Assembly (NCBI GenBank): GCA_964016885.1
Contig: OZ024741.1
Span: 195,300,001-195,364,000 of the forward strand
Source: Eledone cirrhosa
Taxonomy: Eukaryota
Length of the DNA stretch: 64,000 bases
Direction of reading: 5' to 3'
Positions 40,376-53,800 of the stretch are shown here, piece by piece. Positions within the stretch are counted from its first letter, which is position 1. Each line of letters begins with the position of its first letter. The notes beneath the pieces are model-generated. The model was not told the origin of the DNA. It searched no databases and saw only the letters and a list, made by a program, of their open reading frames with translations. The position numbers and the translations under genes are program-made.

Positions 40376-42326
40376 GTCGCTTTATCAACACACACTGGCC
40401 TTTAACCTCAGTCAGATTAACTGAGATACTAATTATTTTGTTTGGGCTAACAATGTCACCCAAAAGATTTATTGGTTTTGTTTAAAAGGAAATTATCAAG
40501 GGTCATGTGTTTAATGTTTTCTGGACACACAATCCTTATAAATACAAAAGATTTTGCCCCTTGAATGGAGAGTCTATTTCTTCATTCTGCCACAGAACGC
40601 GGCTCAGCTAGGTCGAAAATGGATGTAACGAAATAGTTGTTACATCCAGGTAGAGTGAACAGGTAGGTGGAGTGAACAAACAGATAGAGTGACCAAACAG
40701 CTAGAGTAAACATAGAGGTTGAGTGAACAGACAGGTAGAGTGAACATACAAGTAGAGTGAACAAACAGATATAGTGAACAGCCAGATAGAGTGAACAGTC
40801 AGGTAGAGTGAACATACAGATTGAGTGAGCATACAAGTAGAGTGAACAAACAGATAGAGTGAACAATCAGATAGAGTGAACAGTCAGGTAGAGTGAACAT
40901 ACAGGTTGAGTGAGCATACAAGTAGAGTGAACAAACAGATAGAGTGAACAATCAGATAGAGTGAACAGTCAGGTAGAGTGAACATACAGGTTGAGTGAGC
41001 ATACAAGTAGAGTGAACAAACAGATAGAGTGAACAGCCAGATAGAGTGAACAGTCAGGTAGAGTGAACAGCCAGGTAGAGTGAACAGCCAGATAGAGTGA
41101 ACAGCCAGATAGAGTGAACAGCCAGGTAGAGTGAACAGCCAGGTAGAGTGAACAGCCAGGTAGAGTGAACAGCCAGGTAGAGTGAACAGTCAGGTAGAGT
41201 GAACATACAGATTGAGTGAGCATACAAGTAGAGTGAACAAACAGATAGAGTGAACAACCAGATAGAGTGAACAGTCAGGTAGAGTGAACAGACAGGTAGA
41301 GTGAACATACAAGTAGAGTGAACAAACAGATAGAGTGAACAGCCAGCTAGAGTGAACAGCCAGGTAGAGTGAACAGTCAGGTAGAGTGAACAGCCAGATA
41401 GAGTGAACAGTCAGGTAGAGTGAACATACAAGTAGAGTGAACATACAAGTAGAGTGAACAAACAGATAGAGTGAACAGTCAGATAGAGTGAACAGTCAGG
41501 TAGAGTAAACAGACAGGTAGAGTGAGCATACAAGTAGAGTGAACAAACAGATATAGTGAACAGTCAGATAGAGTGAACAGTCAGATAGAGTGAACAGTCA
41601 GGTAGAGTGAACAGACAGGTAGAGTGAACATACAAGTAGAGTGAACATACAAGTAGAGTGAACAGCCAGATAGAGTGAACAGCCAGATAGAGTGAACAGC
41701 CAGGTAGAGTGAACAGTCAGGTAGAGTGAACAGCCAGATAGAGTGAACAGTCAGGTAGAGTGAACAGTCAGGTAGAGTGAACATACAAGTAGAGTGAACA
41801 AACAGATAGAGTGAACAGCCAGATAGAGTGAACAGTCAGGTAGAGTGAACAGACAGGTAGAGTGAACATACAAGTAGAGTGAACAAACAGATAGAGTGAA
41901 CAGTCAGATAGAGTGAACAGTCAGGTAGAGTGAACAGACAGGTAGAGTGAGCATACAAGTAGAGTGAACAAACAGATATAGTGAACAGTCAGATAGAGTG
42001 AACAGTCAGATAGAGTGAACAGTCAGGTAGAGTGAACATACAGATAGAGTGAGCATACAGATAAAACAAACGAACCATCACCATTTCGACCTAGCTGAGC
42101 CACGTTCTGTGGCAGAATGAAGAAATAGACTCTCCATTCAAGGGGCAAAATCTTTTGTATTTATAAGGATTGTGTGTCCAGAAAACATTAAACACATGAC
42201 CCTTGATAATTTCCTTTTAAACAAAACCAATAAATCTTTTGGGTGACATTGTTAGCCCAAACAAAATAATTAGTATCTCAGTTAATCTGACTGAGGTTAA
42301 AGGCCAGTGTGTGTTGATAAAGCGAC
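40376..42326. repeat. About 245-bp near-perfect inverted repeats (40376-40622 / 42081-42326) enclosing a minisatellite
   Basis: gtcgctttatcaacacacactgg..ctcagctaggtcgaaa versus tttcgacctagctgag..ccagtgtgtgttgataaagcgac. Confidence 0.92.
40645..42062. repeat. 17-bp minisatellite, about 83 units, core TAGAGTGAACA plus a variable hexamer
   Basis: Units such as agtcaggtagagtgaac, atacaagtagagtgaac, aaacagatagagtgaac, agccagatagagtgaac. Confidence 0.95.
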
Positions 42327-44219
42327 TACCTGAGAACATGGGGACGATGTCGCTACAGTTTTGCAACAACTGTCCGGAGAGTTTCACTGGTGATGTCATA
42401 TGTTTTGGGAGAGATGTTTGCACAATACTCACTCTGTAGCTAATATAGCCATATTGTACCACAATTATGTTGTTTCTTTACAATCCAGATTGTCCCTTGC
42501 CTCTCCAGAATACAATCTAGAAATTCTGGGGAGGAGCTTCTAAAACTTTGATGGTATTTCCTTTCATGCTGTAATGTACAGCTTGCGCACTTCGTATAGA
42601 CTTAAGATCCATAGCCTTATGTTCTGGTAATTTCTTACAATAACGAAGCTTTTCACTTACTGCTCGAAGTTCGTGTATGAAGGCAATCATTTTATCTGTG
42701 AGTATCCCTCATCGACAGTTCCTATACAGTTTGAATAGTCTATCATACAGCCGTAGCTGATGATAGTGTCCAATTGTCTGCTATGAATGTCTTCGGTGGT
42801 GTACGGAAGAAGTAATATAACACTGTTTATCACTTGGGTCAAAAAATATAATAATAAAACATTGTTTATAATTGAAATCTCTCACTTTCATCTTTCATGA
42901 GACTAATCAAAATATACATTTGGTGGTTCTTAAGAGGATAGTCAAACCAGAAGTTACCTATGTATATTTTCACATTCCTTTAATTAGAGCTGTTATAGTT
43001 TAGTTTCAGGGTAAATTTCAGGGTGAATTTCTTTATGAAATATTTCTTCATTTCATGCCAGTACTTTTGATCATCCCTTGAACTTTTATGACAAAGGAGT
43101 ATTTCGAATTTGCTGTTCCCACAAATTACTAAATGTTCTGTCAGTGGAATTGTCATTCGTTCTGGTTTTCTTATTTATTGTTTATGAAAAAGACTTTATT
43201 GCTAGTTCTAACAGGTCAAGTTATCCTGTAGAAGAGCCATCTTTGGTTCATCATCATCACCGTTGGCATCTCATGTGTTATCTTATCGATATTGTATTTC
43301 TCAAAATTGTACAATAATGTTGTTATTAACCTTTATTTTCTTTGGCATGAGAAAGTTGTCTCTTGAAATCGCTGATAATTAATCAATGCTGCGAGTACTT
43401 TTGATACATGTTTTGTTTGACATTTATCCCTGAGTCTTTTTAAACAATCTGCTAAAACTAACTATTTAATAGTCTGAGAACAAAACTGCCTTGATTGGGA
43501 AATAGATGTTAACTTGAGCGATAAGTATTCGCATGAAAACAAAAAGTGATACTGATGCTGCTTAGCTGTTGTTGGTTATAACATTAATCTAAATAAAAGC
43601 CATTGAAATTAAGAAAGACTGGAGTTAATGTCTGTTCTTTTTAAAAGTAGACTATTCAGCTCTTAAAATCTTTGAAACTTTATCAGAGTGAATCAGAGTG
43701 AGAAGATCAACTTAATAATTTAACTTCAATTTTTGACATTTTTAGCAGATACATTTAACATTTTCAAAGATTGATTTACTGAAATTTACGTTGTTATACG
43801 TTCAACATGAAATGGTTTTCGAAATTTGAATTAGACATTTTCATTGAAAGCTATGTAAGCAGAGAGAGAAAGAATGAAGGAAAAGCTGCTCTCCATCCAG
43901 CCACTCAAGCTAAAAAGACAATCGAGTCTGATAGTCATTCATAGACATGTTAGTGATGACTTCAGTTAATCAACTAACGGTAAACATAAGTACACGAGTT
44001 TATTACCACTTATATACACACACATAGGGACTCATACCCAGGATCGATGCCTGGATATTTAGCGCACTAGGGCAGCCCCACAATATGCGCCCCTTTTCTC
44101 CCAGTTATGCGTCCCATCTTCCCAAATAAAATAATTTTACAGTTTGGCAAACTGACAAATGTAAATTTTGTTTATACTTCTTGCTCTTAGAAAGGGAAGT
44201 AATAAAAGGATATAGAGCA

Positions 44220-44372
44220 AGAATCGATCCCAGTACAAAATTGGTACCGTTTTTATCGACCTCGAAAGGATGAAAGGCAAAGTTGACCTCAGCGGAATTT
44301 AAACTCAGAGTACAAGACGAATTCTGCAAAACGTTCTATCCGACGTTCTAACGACTTTGACAATTCGCCACC
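44220..44372 (-). mobile_element. Diverged tRNA-derived SINE
   Basis: tttatcgacctcgaaaggatgaaaggcaaagttgacc core. Confidence 0.75.
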
Positions 44373-44825
44373 ACAAAGGATAAGTACGAGGCATGTACTA
44401 GAGTAGCCTGAATTCACTAGTTTTCCCTTCTAGTAAACTACAATTCATTACAGTGGTTACACATTCTAATGCTTACCAGGGCTAATTTCGTCAATAATTC
44501 CTCTTTGGTAGAACAGTATGGGGTCGAGATAAATATCTAAACATCTTACATTTGTAGTCTTATTTCCACAGTTAAACACCTAAACACCATACATTTGTAG
44601 TCTTATACCTTTGTTACCTAAACGCCATACATTTGTCGTTTTATGCCTAAACACCATGCATTTGTGTTCTCATAGAGTTAAACATCTAAACACCATGCAA
44701 TTGTGGTCTTATACAACAGACCACACATATGTAGTCGTATACAATTGTCAAACTAAATTCGTGGTCTTGTACCATAGTTAAATAAAAAATTCCAAGCAAT
44801 GGCAAAATGGCATAAGTGAAATTAT

Positions 44826-45014
44826 TAATTGTTTCTACTTTAGGCACAAGGCCAGCAATTACCCAGTGCATTACTGGTACTTTATTTTATCGACCCCGTA
44901 AGGATGAAAGGAAAAGTCAACCTCGGCGGGATTTGAACTCAGATCGTAAAGGGACGTAACTATGCTGTAAAGCATGGCGTCCGACCCTCCACCGATACTG
45001 CCAATGCACCGCCC
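44826..45014 (-). mobile_element. tRNA-derived SINE, full length
   Basis: Complete reverse-complement match including the ggcggtgcattggcag head. Confidence 0.9.
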
Positions 45015-46079
45015 TTAGTGAAATTATTAATGATTATAAAGATGCTGAATGTTGAGCAAATACATTATGGATCCTTACTATGGAAGCAATTTTCCAAATT
45101 CCTTATTTGAAAGCATGCCAGAAGTTATTAGTTCATGCAACAAATTTCAGTGTAGCTCAGTAAAAGCTTTCAACGGCAACACTTTTCCAGCATCAAAGAA
45201 CATGTTTTTCCATTTGCCTAAACGCAGATAGATGGTGGACTAAATTTTTTTTATTTTAGGTAAAGCTATAAAAACTGACATTTTTCAAGAATTTTCTACT
45301 CTAGACGCTATGATAAAAATATACTAAATCGTCTTATTTGGTGGTTCAGTTGTAAGATGCAATCTAATTAAGACGAGCTTCAGTATAATCATAAAATGGA
45401 CGTGTGAAGATGGCTGTTGCTATGATATCGATAAAATTAAAGGCAGTCAAGTTATGTAGCTAATTAGTTGAGTGACATCTCTGTACATATTCAGCTTAAA
45501 ACAGTTTCTCGCTGATTTCCTCACTGATTTTCTCACTATTTACCCCCTCCCCCCTCACTCCTCTCGCATACACATACACATATACTTTCCTTTTCTTTTT
45601 ATATGTGTATATGCATGTACCTGTAAATCACTCAAGACGGGGTTAGACGGAGTGGCGGGGTGAAAATAATATTGTATTAGATTAAAATAAATGATTTGTC
45701 TCAGACGTATTTGGTTCACTTGATGGAATTTACTATAAAGAATGTGAGAGGCAATTTGATAACATAGGGTTCTAAACAGATAAAGAAACCGATAGAAACA
45801 TTTAAAAGTTAATGTCAGTGCCTCCTTTGAGCTGCAACAGGTAAGAAAGTAAAAGCGTAAAGGAGAAAGAATATACGATATTCGGGTGAGAAGTTCAACA
45901 GTCAACTATGAAGGAGTGATGTTAGAGCTATGGAATCTTGCATGCAATAATTTCAACTCTTCTCATTAATAACAGCATTTTTTTCTAGGGACTATGTTGA
46001 AAAATAAACCTTGTTTGGTCATCCCATGAGAATATCTTGGAGAGCCAATATACTTTTCACTCGACCCTTGTATTATATT

Positions 46080-46230
46080 GATTTCTAATTTAGGTATAAG
46101 GCCAGCAAATTTGAGGGATGGACAATGCTGGTAAAATCAACCACAGTAGTTGACTGGTACTTTAATTTAACAACCCCTGGCGGAGGAAAGGCAAAGTTGA
46201 CCCCTGCGATATCGGAACTCAGAATGTAAT
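46080..46230 (-). mobile_element. Old tRNA-derived SINE
   Basis: Degenerate tail and core (gaaaggcaaagttgacc). Confidence 0.6.
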
Positions 46231-46399
46231 AGGAAAATTGAGAAGGACGACTTGCCTTCTTCGTATGGGGGAAAGACGACTGATCTCTTCTTCTGGTTAA
46301 TTATGGGCATTTCTACGGAATTATCGCTGTGAATTCTTTTTGTGATGGAAGCTCGACTACTACTACTACTACTACTACTACTGCTACTACTACTACTAC

Positions 46400-49300
46400 T
46401 AATAATAATAATAATAATAATAATAATGGTTTCTTTATTGGCCACAAGGGCTAACACGAAGAAAAACATTAGAGACGGCACAGAACAGTACAGCACGATA
46501 CACAGTGGGCTTTGGTCGTGTAAACAGGTTATAACAAAATCGGGCTAGAAAGCACAAAAATTCAAACAACAAAAATTCCCCAAGAAGGGGGAAACCTCCG
46601 AGGGTCACTCGTGGCGTAAACCACACAAAAAGGCCACGCCACCCTGACCACCAGGGCAAGCGCCTTCTCTCAGTTTTCTCACTCCTCAGTCTACAGGCGC
46701 ATACTCAGACCAGACACGCCACTTTCACCCACTTTCACCCACCTTTCAACAAACTTACTAGAAGACAGCACTTGCCTCTCCACCCTGATTTTCCTCTTCA
46801 AGTGAAACTTGAAAAAGTTAATCAGGGATTGGCCGGAGAGGAAAGTGTCCGTCTTCAACCCTTTCCACCTTGTCCACCACACAATCTCTTTCGCCGTGGT
46901 CACCAGGCAGATGAAAACTGCCTGCCCTTCCCCTCTTTAAAAGAGGATGGCGGGGATATCTGCACAATGAACTCAGTCGATAACCAAATCCATCCTACAC
47001 GCGACAGCAGCTGTTCGACATAGCTCCACACGTCATCCATCCTCAGGCACTGAACGAGTGCGTGCAGGACGGTTTCGTCGCCCTGCGCGCATCTCGGACA
47101 GGCTCGGCTGACAGCACCTCCGTGCCTGTAGAGCTTATCCCGAACCGGCAACGCTCTCCGGTAGCACTGCCAGGCCAGGGATTTCTGGAGGTCGGAAAGT
47201 TCTCTTGAAGAGAGCGAACAGCTGATGGTCTTCGACGCCCAGGGTCTCCCCGAGAACGTCGTCGCGCTTTCCCTCCATTAGCCCTCTATAGAACGCCGAG
47301 GTGGATGTTCCACCGATACTAGTGCCCAGCTGGTAGAGGGCGGTGAGCGCTTGGAGACATTCCAGCTTCCAAGCGCTATCCCTCGGTCTTTTCCTGATCC
47401 AGGACTGCAGCTCCGTCAAGGAGACGAGCTGGGGAAAAGCGCGTTTGGCAAACGGCGACCACACCTGTTCACCGTCAAGGAAGCACCAGAGATGTCGCAG
47501 TCTCAGCGCATGTTTGCGCATCATCAGCCACGGCATGCCTAGTCCTCCACGCAACGGGTGTTGACAGCAAATGGATCGTCTGACCGTGGGAGCAAAAAGC
47601 GGAAGATAAGGCGCTCCATTTTGGTCAAGTTAGACGGGGCAAGGTACGACGGTCAGGCGGTAGCAGATAACGGAAGCTATGTACGCATTCGCCACCTCCG
47701 CCCGACTTTTCAGAGACAGCCTCGTCTCGGCCCATTTCTGGGTGAGAGAGGCCACCCTGCTCGTCACCTCGCTCCAGTTTTTCTCCATCTGGAGGTCCGG
47801 ACCGAACTAGACCCCGAGAAATTTAACCGGTCTTTCGGTCCAGCTCCCAACGACGCTGTCGGATGGCATGGACTTGCCTCTCCAGATACCGAGCTGCAAG
47901 CAAGCCCACCCACTTTTCTTGGTTTATCTTTGCTCCTGTCACCGCTTCGTATTCCTTGAGAGCGGTGCCGAGCATCTGGACTTGTTTGGAGCTCGACACC
48001 ACCACGGTGACGTCGTCGGCGTAAGCTTACACGGATCTCCCGCATCCCAGTTCGCGTGGGACACCACTCATCGTCTCCAATTTGTGCAGTAACGACTCTA
48101 GGGCCAGTGCGTACAAGAGGGACGAGAGGGGGCAACCCTGGCGGACGGAACGCATGATGCTGAAAGGCTGCGACAGGTGACCATTCCCCTTCACAATCGA
48201 GCAGATGTCGCTGTGCATCGCAGTGATCCGACCCCTAAAGACAGGCCCAAACCCGGCCGACTCGAGGACCGCAGCCAGGTACCGATGGTCGACCCTATCA
48301 AATGCTTTAGATTGATCCGAGTTGATCAGGGCCCCACCCGTGCCAGGTTCATTAACCACCCTCTCTATGATGTATCGCATGAGATGGAGGTTGTCGGGGA
48401 TGGATCTGTCCGGAATGGCGCATGTCTGCGCCTCTCCAACCAGATCACCGACGACAAGCGCCAATCTCTTTGCTAACACCTTGGCCAAAATCTTAAACTC
48501 TGCGTTTAGCAGAGTTATGGGCCTGAAGTTTTCTATAACGTCCCCCTTCTTCGGGTCTTTTCTCAACAGCACCACCGCTCCTCGGCTCACAAATCTGGGA
48601 AAGCTCCCGTTCTGCTGCCAGTTGCAGTAGACATCTGCCAAGAGGTCGCCGAACAAGTCTGGCATATACGCATAAAGCTCGTAGGGCAGAGCATCCAAAC
48701 CTGGCTATTTACCCCTCGTGCAGTCAGACACCGCTTCCCGCATTTCACCTGCTGTTATCGGCTTTTCGCTGCGGTCGTCGAGAGCCGCGGCAGTCCGTCG
48801 AGATATACACTGAAGTCCATACACCGATCCGGCCCGCCGCCGCTCCCGAACAATTGAGCAAAGTGCTGTTGAAAAGCCGCACACATCTGCTCGCGTTCGA
48901 GCAACATGCGCCCGTTTTGATCAGGAAAAGACCGAATTGTGGACTTGTTACCACGTCGCGCCCCCACCACCCGGGCCCATTGAACGGCTTTCGTCCCCTC
49001 ATGTCTTAGAGCACGCGCTCTAGCTCAGACAACGCAGCCTTCATGCTTTGCGTTGAAGAATTGGTCGAGTGCCAATCTCGCCGCAAGCACGTCGGTTGCG
49101 ATGCCTGTCCTAAACACATCTTCTAGCTTTCTAACTAACTCTCCCTCTACTCTATTTTCCTCTATCACTACTCCTTTGCTAAACCTTATTGATTCTACTC
49201 TAATAGCCATTTTCAGAGTAAACCATCACCTGTTTTTGACGATCGCAGCCGTCAACGCAAGCTTAACTAATTCGCTAATCCGGTCTCTGTAAGCTTTGCG

Positions 49301-50850
49301 CGCCGGGAACGACGCGTTCAGCCTCCAGTAACTGGGCCCTTGCCCATGGAGTCTATCTAAGTCAACTTCACAGATCACAAATTTGTGGTCCATGTAGTTG
49401 ACTACTTTAAATTGCGAACAACCTACACTAGCCTTATCTGTTTCCCTACAGAATACCCTATCTAGATACGATCTGGATGACCCGATGCGGTTTGCCCATG
49501 TCCACATTGGCACATTCGGATAATGCAGTCTATACCTGTCAGACAGTTCAGAACGTCTGAGCAGGTTGTTGAGGCTTTTACACCCTCCTGCCCTGTCTAC
49601 TAGCCCCACATAATCCCAGCTTGCATCTAAGATACCATTCCAGTCTCCCACTAACACTAAAGAGCGAGACGTTCCAAGAAAGGTCTCTAGACGTCTGAAG
49701 AAATCTGGCCATCCTGCCCCTGTTGGGGCGTAGTTGGCTACTAGCCTGAAAGCATTGCCTTCGCTGCCGGTCACGTCCAGCACCATCGACTTACCTTCTA
49801 GGTCCAGGAAGATGGCTCGTATGGCGAGAACCAACCCTATCCGGAAAAGCACGGCACCCCCCCCCCCTCCCTTGATCCTGGACGGCTGGGAGATGCGTAT
49901 ACATCGTAGCCGCCGAAGATCGGTGTGAAGGCTCGTGCTTCGGAGATTCTGGTCTCGCTGATGGCCACCACATCTATATTTAGTGATCTGAGGTCGTCAA
50001 GCAGGTGGCCCTGCTTCCAAGATGACCCCAGGCCACGTACATTTATACTGCCTATTCTAAGTACGGCCATGTTGGATGAGAAACGGGGTAAGTGAGAAAG
50101 GATCACTTACCTTGATCGTGTGGTGAAGGGACAGTAGAACCGTCCCTATGGCTGGTCATGGGTGTTTCCAAGAGAATGTCGGTGTATATCCTCTTGGTAA
50201 CCGACCCTCTGAAGTCTTCAACTGCGTTGGGGAATTTTTCTTTTAAAAGTTTGTAATGTTCTGTTTTGATTTCAATGATGTTTATGTTTTTCGGAGGAGT
50301 TCTTGGTCTTGGTGGGGTGTAGTAATTTTTTACTGTGATGTCTGTGCTGCTTTATATGTTGTAAGAGTTCTTTATTTGCCATGTTTATGGCTGTGTACTT
50401 TTTGGGGGGAGGGGTGATTTTGTTGCTGTTTTCTCGTTGTTGCTGTTGGGTGTGTGTGTTTTGTTGTGTTTACGATGTTGGTGTTTTAGGTGATGCTGGT
50501 GGTGGTGTGGTTCTTGTTGGTGGTGATACTTGTGGTGGTGATGGTGATGGTGGTGGTGTTGCTGCAAGTCTCCTTGCAGCCTTTACCCCTCTTTGTCTGC
50601 CTTTAGTTTTGGAGGGTAAAGTTAAGGGGTTTTTTTCTTTTTTCTTTTTTGTGGCAGACCGTTTGCCACTTACCTCCCGCCTCATACTCCATCTCGAATT
50701 CCGTGGCGTCTGGGTGGGGTATGAACTCCACTGCTGTTGGTGGTGGTAGTGGAGCCCGCTCCGGCGATTTTGTCGCCGGTGCAGCTTCTGCGGCTATCTG
50801 TGACAGCGACCTAAATGTTGAGAGGAGGGAAGCGGCAAACATTGATTTAT
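46400..50850 (-). mobile_element. L1/Tx1-like LINE, ORF2 nearly complete but frameshifted, with partial ORF1
   Basis: ORF2 ATG at 50070 (MAVLRIGSINVRGL); GDWN, SYLDR, DHKFV; FRPITLLN, KAFDRVDH, VRQGCPLSSLLY, YADD, GGLGMP, CPRC..H...C; AATAAA and (ATT)n tail at 46400-46440. Confidence 0.92.
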
Positions 50851-50859
50851 ACTACAAAT

Positions 50860-53800
50860 AGAGATAGCAGCACCACCACAAACAGCACCACCACAAACAG
50901 CATGAACAGCTGCAGCAGCAACACCAATAGTGAGAACAATAACCTTAAAAAAACAGCGACAACACCAACCACGACAGTAACAGCGACAACCAAAAAAACA
51001 GACAACAGAAATGAAGACAACAAAAACAACAAGAAAATGAACACCACTAACCAGAACATAAACAGCGACAGCACCAACAGCATAAATACCAACTGCACCG
51101 AGAACAACAACAACAGCGGCTCCAAAGATATAACCAACAGCAACAGTGATAACAGCAACAACACCAAAAAGAACAACGACAACAACACCACCAACGACAA
51201 CAATAAGAACACCTCTTGAACAAAGATGAAAAGTTCGCCCAGGCATGGAAGCTCATCAAGCAAGAGCAAACCTGGGCCAACTTAACTGTCCCGGTAGAAG
51301 ATATTGAAGCAGTGGAGCACAGAACGGTGCATTGCAGATGCATCTCAGTAGAAACCAAGAGGGCAGCTTTAATTGCACAAGCAGATTTCGAAGTCGCTTT
51401 AAGTGCATCAGGGATGACACCGAATACATAGCGAGGGGCAGACAATACGGCACCATTTCGGTACTGTTTAAGTCAGAAGCCCTCGCTATGAAACACGCTA
51501 TGACACCTTGCAAAACCAGCAAGGTCATAATGTATCCCTCCCACATGGGGAAAAGAAAAGCTCGTCTCCGCATTCCCAGGATCCCATCAGGACTTGACAT
51601 GTGGTGGCTTGACATGTGTGATTGTGGAGGGGACGCATACCGTCCCGATAGATGTAACAAGAACTGCCTGAGAGGACTCGTCCGGGGTTGACCTGGAGAT
51701 ACTTCTCCAGATCAGGCCAGAGAATGTCAAAACAATCCCGGACCACATCCATCTTCAGAACAGGGTGGTAATTCACATTATAACTGAGGGAAAAAGACCG
51801 CATTGTTTCGTTTGTGGCGTAAAGACCCATTTGCGAGCCTTCTGCCCTCAACTGCTGAAAGATGCAAGGGGTCGAAGGGCTCCACTGCTGCCAACGCCGG
51901 GGCGAGGACCACCACCAACTCCAGCACCGGCAAAACCACCAGCAACAACACCAATAGAAACACCACCACCAACATTGACCACCCAGGGGGGAAACGAGGA
52001 AAGTTGTCAAATCCCCCCCCCCCCCTCCCAAGAAAAATACATACATCAATAAAAACATAAACGCACACACAGACACAAACACCTACAGACACAGACCCCT
52101 CATTTTCCAGTAGTGAAGATGAGGGAAAACCTAAATCCCCCAAAATACAAAAAAGGACACACACCCACCCCAAAAAATAAAACTCAACAAAACACAAAAA
52201 TACCCACAATCAAAAATGCAGACACCACCCACGCAAATATCTCCCCAACAACACCAACATCAACACCACCATCACCATCACCAGAATCCCCCAAATGCAA
52301 ACAACCTAAACAGACGCAAGAACAAATACACACGCAAACATCTGAAACCACAGACATCGCACTCACAACAAACACAGACACAACCGAAACAACACTATCA
52401 AAACCATCACCACCACAGTCATGCAAACAAATAAAATCACACCAACAAAACATACAAAACTTCGTGCTCGTCAGAACGGCCAACAAGGAATTGATGGCCT
52501 TCGTAGCACGAAGCAAAGAAATACAAAAAGAGGGGGACATTTTTTAATCGAGCACATTTCGCGTGTCGGAAGATTTGTTTCTGTTGCGAATGTCGCTCGA
52601 TTTCTAAAAGAGATTCGAGACAGCTTTCCTCGAGATGTAGGAACCCCGAACGTAAAACCCACATCAAGACTTTTAAAGGGTTCCCAATAGAAACCCCACC
52701 AGCTATCGAGGTCGAACCACCCGACCTTCACAAGAACGCGGAAGGTAAGTAAACCTTTCCTCTCTCTTTTAACCTACCAACATGGCCGTATTAAGAGTAG
52801 GAAGTTTAAATGTTCGAGGCCTGCGATCGTCTTGGAAGCAGAGTCACCTGCTCAACGACCTCAGGTCTCTAGAAATGGATGTAATTGCCATCAGCGTGAC
52901 CAGAATTTCCGACACACGAGCACTCGCCCCCATTTTCGACGACTATCAGATCTTCGCATCTGCTAGTTGGCCGGGAATGGAAGGTGGGGTGGCAGTGCTG
53001 TTTAGGAAAGGCCTGGATCTCGAGGTAAGGTCGATCTTCCGGGACCCGGACGGTAAGTTGGTGGTCGTGACGGTAAGACGGTAAGTTCTGGTGCGAATGT
53101 CGTGAACAATAGCGAAGGTGGTGCCTATATACTGGTGGCCGTCTACGCCCCTACCGGGGCAAGACGGCTGGACTTCTTTAGACGCCTGGAACCCTATCTG
53201 GGTACGTCTCGCCCTTTACTGTTAGCGGGGGACTCGAATGGCATCTTAGACGCACGCTGGGACTGTACCTGATCAGCCAATTCCAACTGTCTGACATGTA
53301 ACGACTAGATTTCCCTAATGCACCAGTGTGGACCTGGACCAAACGAATAGGGTCATCTATATCGTATATATACAGGATATTCATTAGGAAAATAGACAGA
53401 AATAGTGTAAGCTGTCCACATTTTAAAACGGTCGCCTATTCAGGTCACAAGTTTGTGATTTGCATGGTTGACCTAGATAAGGCGCGAAGGTTAGGACCGG
53501 GTTACTGGAAGTTGAACATGACATTTCCGGTACGTAAGGCTTACAAGGACCGGGTCAACAATTTAATTAAGCAAAAGTTGACAGGGGAAGTCGTCAACAA
53601 CAGATGGTGGGGCGCTCTCAAAATAGAAATGAGAGTAATGTCGAAAGGGTTTAGCAAAGTAGTAGCGTTAGAGAAAAATCAAAAGGAGGGGGAGTTGGTA
53701 GATAAATTAGACGAGGCTATTTGTAGCGGCATTGCAACTGACGTGCTAGCGACGAGAATGGCATTAGACCATTTCTTCAATGCGAAACACGAAGGTTGCA

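Noticed and set aside
40645-42062. CRISPR-like constant repeat with variable spacers
   Set aside because: Spacers are only 6 nt and recur, the context is eukaryotic and there are no cas genes; this is a minisatellite.
50815-51219. Asn/Thr-rich ORF as a host gene
   Set aside because: It lies in the CAA-rich 5' region of a Tx1-like LINE and has a paralogous fragment at 56620-57000.
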